Source: Candidatus Peregrinibacteria bacterium
GTDB lineage: Bacteria; Patescibacteriota; Gracilibacteria; UM-FILTER-43-11
Direction of reading: 5' to 3'
Assembly: GCA_016927155.1 (NCBI GenBank)
Contig: JAFGNE010000047.1
Span: 1-30,077 of the forward strand
Length of the DNA: 30,077 nt
The notes beneath the pieces were generated by a model. That model worked only from the letters and a program-made list of their open reading frames with translations, did not search any database and was not told the DNA's origin. Of the stretch, positions 1 to 10,218 are shown in pieces. How positions within the stretch are numbered: position 1 is the stretch's first letter; every line of letters begins with the position of its first letter. A program made the position numbers and the translations under genes.

Positions 1-2
1 CC

Positions 3-551
3 GATTTCCATCGTTTTTACGGCCAAGCCGTGCCTGGCAGTCCTTATGACGAAAAGGCTGAACATGCCGCGGCAGAAGCCAAACGGCAAGGGCCGCTCCA
101 TGAATGGGATAAACGTTATCAGGCCGCACGTGCCGAACATACACAAAAAATCCGTGAAAACTTATTCGGAGCTTTGACAGAAACCGAAATTGACCAGGCT
201 CTTGGCGCCTTACAGCCATCCGAAGAAATTTTTGCCGCTCCTCCGGCTCTCTTGAAAAATCCCGAAGTCATCGCCGAGGCGCTGGAAAAACTGTTCCCCG
301 CCGACATCAAACCCAATAAAAAAGAATTAGCCTATATAACCCGGGAGTTGTCCGATGAGGCGGACAATATTTTTACGTACGGCGAATTCCCCGCCCTGCA
401 AAGATATCTGGATGGCACGCCTGTCGGCCAGCAGGCCACAGGAATGGAAAGCCGGCAAAAAGTAAGGGAAACGATGGATAATGTGATTACAGGGATGTTC
501 AGGAAAATGAATCCGGGAAAAGATTTGCCGCCTTACCTGATGGCCGCTTAA
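3..551 (+). CDS. Hypothetical protein, probably 5'-truncated by the window edge
   Basis: ORF track starts at GTG 30, but the frame is open back to base 3 (DFHRFYGQAVPG...). No recognisable motif. Stop TAA at 549-551. Confidence 0.65.
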   Translation, partial: DFHRFYGQAVPGSPYDEKAEHAAAEAKRQGPLHEWDKRYQAARAEHTQKIRENLFGALTETEIDQALGALQPSEEIFAAPPALLKNPEVIAEALEKLFPADIKPNKKELAYITRELSDEADNIFTYGEFPALQRYLDGTPVGQQATGMESRQKVRETMDNVITGMFRKMNPGKDLPPYLMAA

Positions 552-559
552 AAATACAT

Positions 560-588
560 TTGACATAAATAATAAAATGTAATAGAAT
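560..588 (+). promoter_or_regulatory. sigma70-type promoter for the 621..941 ORF
   Basis: TTGACA (560-565), 17 bp spacer, TAGAAT (583-588), 32 bp upstream of the ATG. Confidence 0.7.
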
Positions 589-620
589 AGTTTTCTTTTA
601 GCTATTACATTTGTTTTTTT

Positions 621-941
621 ATGCCTCCTGATAACGCGGAAAACCAGGCCGACACGCCGCGACCCCCTAAAAGATGTTTAGATTATTTTGTGTGGAGTTT
701 ACGTCAGCACGCCCTGAAGATGCTTGGCTGGGAACCGGAAAGAGCCAATAAAATATGCCCAGACGTATTCAAAGAGCTTCCTTTGCCAGATGATTTCAAA
801 CCCGAAGATGATGAAATGGCTTTGTGTTATGAAGGCATGTTTAATGGCACGCGCGCACGTTTTATCATGACTGTCGGCAAAGGCAAAAATGGCCAGCCTG
901 ATCTTGATAAACAGCCCAATGCTATAGAACTTATTGAATAA
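621..941 (+). CDS. Hypothetical protein (106 aa orphan)
   Basis: ATG-initiated ORF filling the gap behind a consensus promoter. No family recognised. Confidence 0.7.
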   Translation: MPPDNAENQADTPRPPKRCLDYFVWSLRQHALKMLGWEPERANKICPDVFKELPLPDDFKPEDDEMALCYEGMFNGTRARFIMTVGKGKNGQPDLDKQPNAIELIE

Positions 942-952
942 ACAGGCCTCTC

Positions 953-3706
953 TTAGCGCCTTGGCTTCCCCCTGAAAGGCGGCTTGTTTTTTCCCTGCGG
1001 TTTTTGGGGTTGCGCGGAGGAAACGGCAGGGGCGGCCGGCGGCGCGGGTGAAATTTCTCTTTTGGCGGGTTCTCCCCTTTTGCCTTCCGGCAGTTTTTTG
1101 AGCGCTTCGCTCCAGCGCAAAATCTTGTCTTCCACTACCTCGCGCGGTTTGCAGTAGCGTTCGCGCGAAAGGCGGACGATTTTTTCGCGGCGCTCTTCGT
1201 CTATCGCCACTTCGGGCGGGGGCAGGGTGGAAATGGAAAACGTGGGACTGGGCATGCCGTCAATCATTAACTTGGAATAACAGGTGTATTTGGGCAAGGT
1301 CACAATGTCGTTCGGCAAAACTTCTTCGGAGAACTGGCCGCTGAAGTATTCCGCGTCTTCGAACCCGACCTGAAAACAAAGGATGGTGCCCACATTGCCG
1401 AAGACGGCATCACGCACTTCATCCGGCATTTGGGCCACATACTGGTTGGCCATGGTGAGGTTGAGTTTGTATTTGCGGGCCTCGGAGAGGATGGTGGCGA
1501 AAGCGTCGGTGGCGAAATTCTGGAACTCATCCACATAAAGGTAGAAATCCACGCGTTCTTTTTCCGGGATGTTGGCGCGGCTCATGGCGTCCAGCTGGAA
1601 TTTGGTAATGAGCATGGAACCGAGGAGCGACGAGTTATCTTCGCCGATTTTGCCTTTCGACAAATTGACGATGATGATTTTGCCCGTATCCATCATAAAG
1701 CGGACATTGACCGTGGACTTCACCTGGCCGACGATATTGCGGATCATGGGCGAAGAAAGGAATTGGCCGACTTTGTTCTGGATGGGCGAAATGGCTTCGG
1801 TGCGCATTTTGTCCTGCATCTTGCCGAACTCGTCCACCCAGAAACTTTTGACCATGGGGTTGGTGACGTGATCGACAACGCGCCGGCGGTATTCCGGGTC
1901 CACCAGGATGCGCATGATGCCGAGCATGGAGGTATTCGGGTATTCAACAAGCGCGAGCAGGCAGTTGCGCAGGATGTGCTCCAAGCGGGGGCCCCAGCTT
2001 TCCGCGTACATTTTTTTGAACACACCCAGAAGCCCTGAGGCCATCAGGTTGCGCTGGTTCGCGTCTTCCGTATATTCCAGCATGTTAAAGGCGAAGGGGT
2101 GGGAAACGTCAGAAGGGTCGAGGATGACAACATCATTCGTGCGGTAGGAAGGCACAAAATTAAGCACCGCTTCGGCCAGGTCGCCATGCGGGTCCACCAC
2201 GGCTACCCCTTTGCCGGAAACGGCATCGGAATAGATCATGTTCTCCAAAAGCACGGACTTGCCCATGCCGGTCTTACCAATGATGTAGATGTGCCTCCGC
2301 CTATCGGTCGCCTTGATGCCGAAAACCTGCCGATGCCCGCGGAAATTCGTTTTTCCGATGATGGTCAGCTCCGAATCGGAAGTGGAACCGGGAAGCGGCA
2401 GGTTATGAGGCGGTTCCAATTTTTTAGAAGTGACCCAGACCACATTGGGGGTGCCAACGTCTTTACTGGGCATGTGATAAAGGGTAGCCAGCTCTTCCAC
2501 ATTGAGGATCATGGGGTCCGTGACCAGGCGCTGCCGATAGCGTTTCAGGATCTGTTCGTTGTTTTCATTGACCGACCGGATTTCAAATTCATTCATGTTG
2601 GGGAGGTTGTACTGGTAAAAACTCCCCGCGATTTCATTCAGTTTGATTTCGGCCAGATCAATGTTCTCGCGCCGAAGAACATAAACGATCCGTATGCTGG
2701 TATCAAAAGAAAGCCTTGTGACTTTATCCACGGCAGCGGAAATAGGATCTTCCCTGTCGTGGGTACGGGAGACCTGCTCATCCAAATCGGTTTCCGTGGA
2801 ACTTTTTATGTTCAGTGACCCTGTATGGAACCCCCGCAAAACCCAAAACAGCAAATGAACGGGGGAAAGGAAAAAACGCTTCCAGAACCCGCGGGCCAGA
2901 TAAACACCGGTCGCCAGCTTATTGAGCCAGAAAATGTTGTTGAAAAGCCCGTTGCTCACGATCCGCAGGCATTTAAGGCCGCGCTTGCGCCACCAATCCC
3001 CTAGGGGAGAGATGACAATTTGTATCCAGGCCTGTTCATCGGTGGCATTGAGTTTGGAAAGCGTGGCCGTTACCCCCGCAAGAGGTTCCGTAGGCAAACG
3101 GGTGAGCTTGTCCTCGAATTGGGTGTAACGTTTGACCGGATAAATGTCCGGATCGCTTAATTCGAGTTCCGCGGTTACGGCGCATAGCGCGGATTCCGCC
3201 CATTCCGCCTTTTTATAAGGAACGGGAAGTTTGGTACCGGCGGGAGCGGAGATGGCTTCGGTGGCTGTTTTAGGCTCAGCCAAATCCCCTTTCCCGATAA
3301 GCCCCCCATGAGCGGAAAAATCCTGTTTCGCGTAATCTTCCGCCTCTTCAATTTCCACATCGGGGTACTGCGCGTAGATTTGGCTTTCGATGACATTTTT
3401 AAAACGTCGTGGGACCCAAATGAAAAATTGGATCTTGTTGTTGACGCTGGCGATTTCCATGCTGACCCGCGGCGGCTCATCGCCGACGAGATAATCCCAA
3501 AAACCGTAATTCTCCTGTAGGGCGTGCAAAGCGGAAAATATCTGTTCGGCCACAATCGGCCCGCGTTCGTTCAATTTGGAAACGGCCACGCGCAAAACAA
3601 CGGTTTCCAGGGTGGTATTGTATTTATTCCGGCGGATGCTCAAATAGACTTCGAAACCGAAATAAAGGACAGCCAGGGCGATCAGGACGATGATGGATAC
3701 GTTCAT
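953..3706 (-). CDS. VirD4/TraG/TraD-like (type IV secretion coupling / HerA-like) P-loop ATPase with N-terminal membrane anchor, of the type common in CPR genomes
   Basis: Walker A GKTGMGKS, VVDPHGD, Walker B FYLYVDEFQ, SEARKY, ANQY and FGNVGT motifs. N-terminal hydrophobic helix. Low-complexity C-terminal tail. Confidence 0.85.
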   Translation of the reverse strand: MNVSIIVLIALAVLYFGFEVYLSIRRNKYNTTLETVVLRVAVSKLNERGPIVAEQIFSALHALQENYGFWDYLVGDEPPRVSMEIASVNNKIQFFIWVPRRFKNVIESQIYAQYPDVEIEEAEDYAKQDFSAHGGLIGKGDLAEPKTATEAISAPAGTKLPVPYKKAEWAESALCAVTAELELSDPDIYPVKRYTQFEDKLTRLPTEPLAGVTATLSKLNATDEQAWIQIVISPLGDWWRKRGLKCLRIVSNGLFNNIFWLNKLATGVYLARGFWKRFFLSPVHLLFWVLRGFHTGSLNIKSSTETDLDEQVSRTHDREDPISAAVDKVTRLSFDTSIRIVYVLRRENIDLAEIKLNEIAGSFYQYNLPNMNEFEIRSVNENNEQILKRYRQRLVTDPMILNVEELATLYHMPSKDVGTPNVVWVTSKKLEPPHNLPLPGSTSDSELTIIGKTNFRGHRQVFGIKATDRRRHIYIIGKTGMGKSVLLENMIYSDAVSGKGVAVVDPHGDLAEAVLNFVPSYRTNDVVILDPSDVSHPFAFNMLEYTEDANQRNLMASGLLGVFKKMYAESWGPRLEHILRNCLLALVEYPNTSMLGIMRILVDPEYRRRVVDHVTNPMVKSFWVDEFGKMQDKMRTEAISPIQNKVGQFLSSPMIRNIVGQVKSTVNVRFMMDTGKIIIVNLSKGKIGEDNSSLLGSMLITKFQLDAMSRANIPEKERVDFYLYVDEFQNFATDAFATILSEARKYKLNLTMANQYVAQMPDEVRDAVFGNVGTILCFQVGFEDAEYFSGQFSEEVLPNDIVTLPKYTCYSKLMIDGMPSPTFSISTLPPPEVAIDEERREKIVRLSRERYCKPREVVEDKILRWSEALKKLPEGKRGEPAKREISPAPPAAPAVSSAQPQKPQGKNKPPFRGKPRR

Positions 3707-3778
3707 TTTCTATTTGTTTGCGACAAGACCTATAATACTTGATTTCGCTTAAAATGATAAGAATACTGATACAACTAT

Positions 3779-3807
3779 ATTATATAATATATATTATATA
3801 TAGTCAA
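3779..3807 (-). promoter_or_regulatory. sigma70-type promoter for the VirD4-like ATPase
   Basis: Minus strand TTGACT (3807-3802), 17 bp spacer, TATAAT (3784-3779). Confidence 0.6.
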
Positions 3808-3881
3808 TAGTTAGACCTATTGTAGGGGAAACGGATGACGAAAACTGGCGCGGCAACGATATTCAATGATATTGTTTTTAT

Positions 3882-4961
3882 ATGAAAATCGCCTTGGCAC
3901 ACGAAATGCTGATAAAATTGGGCGGAGCGGAGCGCGTGCTTAAAACACTGACCCGAATTTTTCCGGAAGCCCCGATTTACACGCTGTTCGCGGACAAGGC
4001 AAAAACAGACAAATGGTTCGCGGATAAAAAAATCCATGTTTCGCGCCTGCAAAGCGCCGCCAGGTGGCTACCTTACAAATTCCTGCTCCCCAAAATGGCC
4101 GGGGCCGTTGAGCGGTTTGATCTGAGAAGCTATGATGTGGTGATTTCCAGCAGTTCGGCCTTCGCGCATGGCATAAAAACCGGGCCAAAAACCAAACACA
4201 TCTGCTACTGCCATTCGCCCATGCGGTACGCGTGGGATTACACGCACGAATACACGGAACATTACTCGGCAATAGGGCGTTTTATTGTCGCCAAACTGTT
4301 AAACCCGATACGGCAATGGGACTACAGGCGGGCCCGGGATGTTGATGTGATCGTGGCCAATTCACGGCATGTGCAAAAACGGATAGATAAGTATTGGCGC
4401 AGGGATGCGACGGTGATTTATCCGCCGGTGGACGTGAAACGGTTTACGCCAACGGCGCGCCATGAGGATTATTTTTTGATTGTCTCGGCGCTCACGCCTT
4501 TCAAAAAAATAGACCTCGCCATCCAGGCGTTCAACCGGATCAAAAGGAAGCTCGTCATCGTCGGCGAAGGGGCACAAAAAGAAGCGCTCCAGGCCATGGC
4601 CGGCGATACGATTGAATTTCTTGGCTACAAACCGGATGAAACGGTGCGGACATACATGGAAAACTGTCGCGCCCTTATTTTTCCCGGCGAAGAAGATTTT
4701 GGCATCACGCCCGTGGAAGCGATGGCCGCGGGAAAACCGGTGCTCGCTTACGGCGTTGGCGGCGTGACGGAAAGCGTGGTTGCGGGAACCAGCGGCGAAT
4801 TTTTTTCCGAACCAAATCCTGAATCACTGATCCAAGGACTTACCCGGCTGATGGCCAATGAAAAAAATTATGACGCGCAAAAAATCCGCGCCATCGCCGA
4901 AAAGTTCGATGAAAGCGTGTTTAAGGACAAAATGCTAAATCTTATTTCTTCCCTTTCTTAA
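3882..4961 (+). CDS. Glycosyltransferase family 4 (GT-B fold)
   Basis: N-terminal GGAERV, YCHSPMRYAWD, VIYPPV, KKIDLAI and EDFGITPVEAMAAGKPVLAY motifs. Confidence 0.92.
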   Translation: MKIALAHEMLIKLGGAERVLKTLTRIFPEAPIYTLFADKAKTDKWFADKKIHVSRLQSAARWLPYKFLLPKMAGAVERFDLRSYDVVISSSSAFAHGIKTGPKTKHICYCHSPMRYAWDYTHEYTEHYSAIGRFIVAKLLNPIRQWDYRRARDVDVIVANSRHVQKRIDKYWRRDATVIYPPVDVKRFTPTARHEDYFLIVSALTPFKKIDLAIQAFNRIKRKLVIVGEGAQKEALQAMAGDTIEFLGYKPDETVRTYMENCRALIFPGEEDFGITPVEAMAAGKPVLAYGVGGVTESVVAGTSGEFFSEPNPESLIQGLTRLMANEKNYDAQKIRAIAEKFDESVFKDKMLNLISSLS

Positions 4962-5502
4962 GCGGTTTTTTGGCAGGAGCTGTTTTTTTGGGAATCGGTT
5001 TTTTGGAGGCGGGCTTGGCGGCAGGCCTGGCCATGGGTTTTTTGGGGGCCGCTTTTTTTGGGGAAACTTTTTTAGGGGCGGGCTTGGCAGGCTTTTTGGC
5101 AGGGGCCGCTTTTTTGGAGGCGGGCTTGGCCGCCTCAATCTTGGCTTCTTCTTTCGCTTCCGTATTTTCCGCGGCCTTACGGGTGATTTTTTCTTCAAGG
5201 GTCTCTTTTTGGATCTCTTCTTTTTTGTGGGCACGCGCCTGATATTCGGCCTTGATTTTTTTGCTCTGTTCCATGCGGGCACGGAATTTATCCACACGAC
5301 CGGCAGTATCGATCAGCATTTTTTCACCGGTATAAAAAGGATGGGAGGCGGAGGATATTTCAACATTGATAATGTAATGGTCTACGCCGTTGATCTTTTT
5401 CGTCTCCTCGGAAGTGAGGGTGGAAAGCGTGGCGAATTCCGCTTTGGAAGAGGAGTCCACAAAAACAACATGATTGAGCTTGGGATGGATTTCGGATTTC
5501 AT
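4942..5502 (-). CDS. rpmE: 50S ribosomal protein L31 type B (no Zn-binding Cys) with long Lys/Ala/Pro-rich C-terminal extension
   Basis: MKSEIHP start, VFVD, VEISSASHPFYTG and GRVDKF L31 signature. About 110 extra residues including PAKK/KKAAP repeats. Confidence 0.92.
   Translation of the reverse strand: MKSEIHPKLNHVVFVDSSSKAEFATLSTLTSEETKKINGVDHYIINVEISSASHPFYTGEKMLIDTAGRVDKFRARMEQSKKIKAEYQARAHKKEEIQKETLEEKITRKAAENTEAKEEAKIEAAKPASKKAAPAKKPAKPAPKKVSPKKAAPKKPMARPAAKPASKKPIPKKTAPAKKPLKKGKK
4999..5130 (+). repeat. Degenerate tandem repeats encoding the L31 tail, including an exact 21-bp direct repeat
   Basis: TTTTTTGGAGGCGGGCTTGGC occurs at 4999-5019 and at 5110-5130. Confidence 0.8.
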
Positions 5503-5542
5503 ACAGATAGGGGCGTTAGGGGTTTAGCGGAGGGATTTTATA

Positions 5543-6715
5543 TTATTTTTTCCTTTTCGGCAAGTTTTTCTTAACCGCTTTTGGCTTTTTGCGTGCAACA
5601 GGCTTCGCGCGCGGGGCGCGGCGAGGCGTTACGGGCTTCTTTTTTTCGTTTTTCCGCACAAAAAAGCCGCCAAACAGCAACAAGAAAAGAAGTAGGGTGG
5701 CCCCTGCAAAAGCCACCGCCTGCCATTTATAGGCAATATGGACCGTAACAACGGCCTCGCGGGATTCGTTTTTGTCGTCCATTACCTTTAAGGCGACATC
5801 GTAATAACCCGGTTTTTTAAAAAAGTGGTCCACTACAACTCCGTTTGCCTTTTCCCCGTCACCAAAATCCCATTCAAAACTAACGACATCACCGTCCGGA
5901 TCACTGGATTTTAAAGCGTTGAAAGTGATGATTTCTTTCGCTTTGGCCTTAGTCTTTCCCGCTACAATTTCGGCAATCGGCCCCTTGTTCCAGTCGTTAG
6001 TGTCAGCGTTATCGCCGAGCCCGTCCTTATCCAAATCCGACCATTCTCTGGGATCATCCGGAAAAAGATCCGAATGATCTCCCGTGCCGTCGTTATCGCG
6101 GTCATTCTGTTCGTTAGGATCTAAAGGAAAATCGTCTTCAATGTCGGAAGCGCCGTCGTTGTCGTCGTCCATATCCGCGTTATTTCCGGTCCCGTCCCTG
6201 TCGGTATCCATTGATTCTTTCGGGTTTAAGGGAAAAGCGTCAGCCCTATCGGGCACGCCGTCGTTGTCATCGTCCGTATCTTCCCTATCCATCACGCCGT
6301 CCCGGTCTGAATCGCGGTCGACATAAATTCCAATAACCGCCTTATTGTTTTCGGGATCGTCCCCCTCGACAATCCAAGGGATAACGCGCGCGGCAATATT
6401 ATGGTTGCCGAACGTATCCGCTTCCCAGTCGATAAAAACGTCATCAGCCCCTCCCGCGACAGCAGAGACGGGCTGGTCGGTGCCAATGAAACGTTGGGCG
6501 GTTTCATCATAAAACTTCACAACACCCGCCAAATCTAAATCAGAATGGTTGCGGATGGTCGCGTAAATGCGAACGGCATCCCCCAAAAGCATACCCGAAG
6601 GCGCGCGGATATCCTCAGGGGCCAAAGACAAATCCTGATTGAAATCGGCTGAAACGAACAAGGCAAACGCCAAGGCAAGTACAAAGGAACTGACAAAACG
6701 AAAGATAAATTTCAT
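5543..6715 (-). CDS. Exported, membrane-anchored protein: CARDB/Ig-like domain, thrombospondin type-3-like Ca-binding repeats and PKD domain
   Basis: Signal peptide ending FVSA. DxDxDGxxD repeats (DSDRDGVMD, DTDRDGTGN, DRDNDGTGD, DLDKDGLGD). PKD signature WDFGDG...HFFKKPGYYDVALKV. C-terminal TM helix plus basic tail. Confidence 0.8.
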   Translation of the reverse strand: MKFIFRFVSSFVLALAFALFVSADFNQDLSLAPEDIRAPSGMLLGDAVRIYATIRNHSDLDLAGVVKFYDETAQRFIGTDQPVSAVAGGADDVFIDWEADTFGNHNIAARVIPWIVEGDDPENNKAVIGIYVDRDSDRDGVMDREDTDDDNDGVPDRADAFPLNPKESMDTDRDGTGNNADMDDDNDGASDIEDDFPLDPNEQNDRDNDGTGDHSDLFPDDPREWSDLDKDGLGDNADTNDWNKGPIAEIVAGKTKAKAKEIITFNALKSSDPDGDVVSFEWDFGDGEKANGVVVDHFFKKPGYYDVALKVMDDKNESREAVVTVHIAYKWQAVAFAGATLLLFLLLFGGFFVRKNEKKKPVTPRRAPRAKPVARKKPKAVKKNLPKRKK

Positions 6716-6724
6716 GATTCGGGT

Positions 6725-9334
6725 TTAGGATTTCCCCTTGAGAGGAAGGGCCTGCTTTTCAGCGGCGCCGGCATCCGCCTGTTCATCCACCAAAATAAGC
6801 GAGAAAGAAGCGACTTTGTCGCCGGAATCCATGCGCATGATAATAACCCCCTGTGTGGTGCGGCCGATATTGGGAATCTGTTCCAGGGGCATGCGGATCA
6901 TCTGGCCGTGTTTGCTGATGAGGACGAGATCGCCCTGTGTTTTTTGCGTGATCACATAACCGCCGACAACCTTTCCGGTTTTGGGGGTGATCTGGGCGGC
7001 TTTTACGCCGCTGCCCCCGCGGGACTGGAAGCGATAATTGGTGACGGGTGAGCTTTTGCCTAAGCCGTTTTCCATGACAACGAGCAGGCGGCTCATGGAT
7101 TCGTCCTGAATCACGTCCATGGCTACAAGGATATCGTCGCCTTTCAGCCGTATGCCGCGAACCCCCATGCTGGGACGGCCCATTGGACGCACGTCATCTT
7201 CCTTGAAGCGGATACTTTGGCCGTTTTTTGAAAGCAGGATGACCTGGTCGCCGGGCGAGGTGGCCTTTACCCATTGGAGCAAATCGCCCTGCCTGAGCTT
7301 GATGGCAATCAGGCCGGATTTGCGGACGTTCTTGAATTCTTCCAGTTTTGTTTTTTTCACGGTGCCCTTGTTAGTGGCCATGAACAGGTATTCGCCGGCA
7401 TACTGGGAAAGATCCAGGATAGCGGTGACCCGTTCGTTTTGTTCAAGTTGGAGCAAATTGACGATCGCCTGCCCCCTGGCCTGGCGGGTAGCCACGGGAA
7501 TTTCATAGACAGGCAACTGAAACACGCGGCCCATGTTGGTGAAATAAAGCAAATCATCGTGCGCCATGGTATTCAGGATGAGCTTCGTCTCATCTTCTTC
7601 TTTGGTGGTCATGCCGATAACCCCCTTGCCGCCGCGGCCCTGGGTGCGGTAGACGGAGGGGTTCATGCGTTTCACATAGCCCGCCTCGCTGATCATAACC
7701 ATCATGGGCTCGTTGGGAATGAGCTGTTTGGCGGAGAATTCGCCGACAGCGTGCACATAAACTTTGGTACGGCGGGCATCGCCGTATTTCTCGATAATTT
7801 CCGTAGTTTCCCCCCTGACGATGGCCAACACTTTTTTGGGGTCAGCCAAAATGCCTTCACATTCTTTGATAAAAAGCATGCGTTCCTTAAGCTCATCCTC
7901 GATTTTTTTCCTTTCCAAACCGGCGAGGGTCTGCAGGCGCATTTCCAAAATGGCCTTAGCCTGTTCTTCGCTCAATTTGAACTTTTTCATCAAATTTTCT
8001 TTCGCGAGCTCCTTGGTTTCGGATTTTTTGATGGTAGCGATCACCTCGTCGATGTGATCGAGGGCGATCTTCAGGCCTTCCAGAATATGGGCGCGCGCCT
8101 TGGCCTGTTTCAGTTCAAATTCGGTGCGCCGCGTAATCACGACTTTACGATGGCCAATGAACTGCTCAAGGATGGCTTTAAGGTCGAGCAGGCGGGGCTG
8201 GATGCCGTCCACCAGGCCGATCATGTTAAAACCGAAGGATGTTTGAAGATTGGTGTACTTGTATAACTGATTGAGGAGTTTTTTCGGATAAGCGTCGCGC
8301 TTCAGCTCTATTACGACGCGCATACCTTCGCGGTTGGATTCGTCACGCAAGTCGGAAATTCCGGTTATTTTTTTATTGTGGACCAAATTGGCGATACTTT
8401 CCACAAACGCCGCCTTGTTGACCTGGTAAGGCAGTTCGGTGATGACGATGCGGAACTTGCCGCCCTTCATCTCATCGATATCGGCCTTGCCGCGGATCAC
8501 GATGCTGCCCCGGCCCGTGGCGTAAGCGGTTTTAATGGCTTCGGTATCATAAATCATGCCCGCCGTGGGAAAGTCGGGGCCTTTGATAAATTGCATCAGG
8601 TCTTCAATGGTGGCCTCCGGGTGGTCCGCCAAATGGTTGACCGCGGACATGACCTCGGTGAGGTTATGGGGCGGAATATTGGTGGCCATGCCCACCGCGA
8701 TGCCCATGGAGCCGTTGAGCAGCAGCGCCGGAATACGGCTGGGAAGTACTGAGGGCTCTTTCAGCCGGCCGTCGTAATTGGGGCGAAAATCAACCGTTTC
8801 TTTTTCAATATCGGCCATCATTTCATCCGTGATCTTGGCCATCTTGGCTTCGGTGTAACGCATGGCCGCGGCGTTGTCGCCATCCATGGATCCGAAGTTA
8901 CCCTGGCCAAGGACGAGCGGATAGCGCATAGCGAAATCCTGGGCCATACGGACCATGGAATCATAAACGGCCGAATCGCCATGGGGATGGTACTTACCTA
9001 AAACATCACCGACCACGGTGGCGGATTTGCGGAATTTGGCGGCATGCCTAAGCCCCAACTCGTGCATGGAATAAAGGATGCGGCGGTGCACAGGCTTAAG
9101 GCCATCGCGGACGTCGGGCAACGCGCGGGAAACGATCACGCTCATAGCGTAATCGAGGTAGCTTTCCTCCATTTCCGTGACGATTTCGCGCGGTTTCATA
9201 TTACCGGCCGAAAGAAGCGTCGCGGGAGTCCCCTCTCCGCCATCATCCCCCCCTTCTTCCGCAACCTCTTCGACAGGTTTTTTCTTATCTTCCGGCTCCT
9301 TTTCAGGAGCTTTTTTTGAATCTTTTTTAGGCAT
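6725..9334 (-). CDS. gyrA: DNA gyrase subunit A
   Basis: [32 protein letters not shown], catalytic AAAMRYTE, GyrA box QGRGGKG and C-terminal pinwheel repeats. Start placed at ATG 9334 (MPKK) instead of 9343. Confidence 0.97.
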   Translation of the reverse strand: MPKKDSKKAPEKEPEDKKKPVEEVAEEGGDDGGEGTPATLLSAGNMKPREIVTEMEESYLDYAMSVIVSRALPDVRDGLKPVHRRILYSMHELGLRHAAKFRKSATVVGDVLGKYHPHGDSAVYDSMVRMAQDFAMRYPLVLGQGNFGSMDGDNAAAMRYTEAKMAKITDEMMADIEKETVDFRPNYDGRLKEPSVLPSRIPALLLNGSMGIAVGMATNIPPHNLTEVMSAVNHLADHPEATIEDLMQFIKGPDFPTAGMIYDTEAIKTAYATGRGSIVIRGKADIDEMKGGKFRIVITELPYQVNKAAFVESIANLVHNKKITGISDLRDESNREGMRVVIELKRDAYPKKLLNQLYKYTNLQTSFGFNMIGLVDGIQPRLLDLKAILEQFIGHRKVVITRRTEFELKQAKARAHILEGLKIALDHIDEVIATIKKSETKELAKENLMKKFKLSEEQAKAILEMRLQTLAGLERKKIEDELKERMLFIKECEGILADPKKVLAIVRGETTEIIEKYGDARRTKVYVHAVGEFSAKQLIPNEPMMVMISEAGYVKRMNPSVYRTQGRGGKGVIGMTTKEEDETKLILNTMAHDDLLYFTNMGRVFQLPVYEIPVATRQARGQAIVNLLQLEQNERVTAILDLSQYAGEYLFMATNKGTVKKTKLEEFKNVRKSGLIAIKLRQGDLLQWVKATSPGDQVILLSKNGQSIRFKEDDVRPMGRPSMGVRGIRLKGDDILVAMDVIQDESMSRLLVVMENGLGKSSPVTNYRFQSRGGSGVKAAQITPKTGKVVGGYVITQKTQGDLVLISKHGQMIRMPLEQIPNIGRTTQGVIIMRMDSGDKVASFSLILVDEQADAGAAEKQALPLKGKS

Positions 9335-9417
9335 AAAAAACACAAGTCAAAATAAGCAGGAGAATGTTAACACAAAAAATAGCCTGTTGAAAAGGGTAAT
9401 AGTTTGGATTTGTCCGC

Positions 9418-10218
9418 TTAAGCTTTGGCGGCAGAGGCTGGAATAGCAGAGGCAGGGGCAGGCACAACCGCAGGAGTGGCAACAGGCTGACTGGAGGCCA
9501 TTGCTTTTCCTTTCCTGGCCGCCATCTCTTCCATCAAATCAAGCTGGATCTGCTGGATCTCAAGGAGGCGCTGCCACTGGCGGTTGAGCAAATGGTCGAG
9601 CTTTTCGTTCAGATGCCGGATTTCGAGCTCCGCCTTCAAATTCACCTTGTAATCCTCTTCCGACCTCATGCGATCGCGATCTTCCATGCGGTTCTGACTC
9701 ATCATGATGATGGGAGCCTGGATGGCGGCGAGACACGAAAGCATGAGGTTGAGCAGTATGAAGGGATAGGGGTCAAAGGGTTTTGTGACCAGCAAAATGA
9801 CGTTGATGATGATCCAGATAAAGATGAAGGCGCCGAAAGAAATGACGAATTTCCAGCTGCCGCCGAAAGTTGCCACTTTGTCCGCCACCCTTTCACCAAC
9901 AGTAAGCTGCCTGTCAAACGCCGTGTTAATGTCCTGCGCCACGATATCGTGTTCCTTCAAGCCTTTTAAAACTTTCCTTTCTAAAGCGGAAACTTCGCCT
10001 TTCTGCATCTTAAGGGCCTTTTCCACGTATTCCGTGCGGTATTGGTTCAGACAAATTTGACAAACGTATCCCGTCCCGTCCCAGTCGGGATTTTTCTTGC
10101 GGATAAGCACCGCGATGCCATCGCGGATGAGCTCGGAGGGAAAAAGGCTTTTGGGGGCATACACGCGCCCGCAGATGGAGCAGGGCTGGTATTCCTGATG
10201 GGTGTTTTTTGTGGGCAT
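9418..10218 (-). CDS. DUF1003-family membrane protein with N-terminal Cys motifs
   Basis: ADKVATFGGSWKF...FDPYPFILLNL.LS..AAIQAPIIMMSQNR...DR...DYKVNLKAELEI signature. N-terminal CSICG and CQIC. Confidence 0.88.
   Translation of the reverse strand: MPTKNTHQEYQPCSICGRVYAPKSLFPSELIRDGIAVLIRKKNPDWDGTGYVCQICLNQYRTEYVEKALKMQKGEVSALERKVLKGLKEHDIVAQDINTAFDRQLTVGERVADKVATFGGSWKFVISFGAFIFIWIIINVILLVTKPFDPYPFILLNLMLSCLAAIQAPIIMMSQNRMEDRDRMRSEEDYKVNLKAELEIRHLNEKLDHLLNRQWQRLLEIQQIQLDLMEEMAARKGKAMASSQPVATPAVVPAPASAIPASAAKA

Noticed and set aside
1430-2818. Long plus-strand ORFs (202 and 239 aa) opposite the VirD4-like ATPase
   Set aside because: Antisense shadows of a conserved gene, with no motifs of their own. 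Such open antisense frames are expected at this GC and codon bias.
3299-3320. TCCGCTCATGGGGGG (SAHGG) in a variable loop of the ATPase, resembling a decayed CCGCC-NNN-GGCGG element
   Set aside because: The stem is too degenerate to support an element call without an ortholog alignment.
7274-8752. 330-aa and 124-aa plus-strand ORFs inside gyrA
   Set aside because: Antisense shadows with no start context or family motif. The same applies to the shadows over typA, feoB and the helicase.
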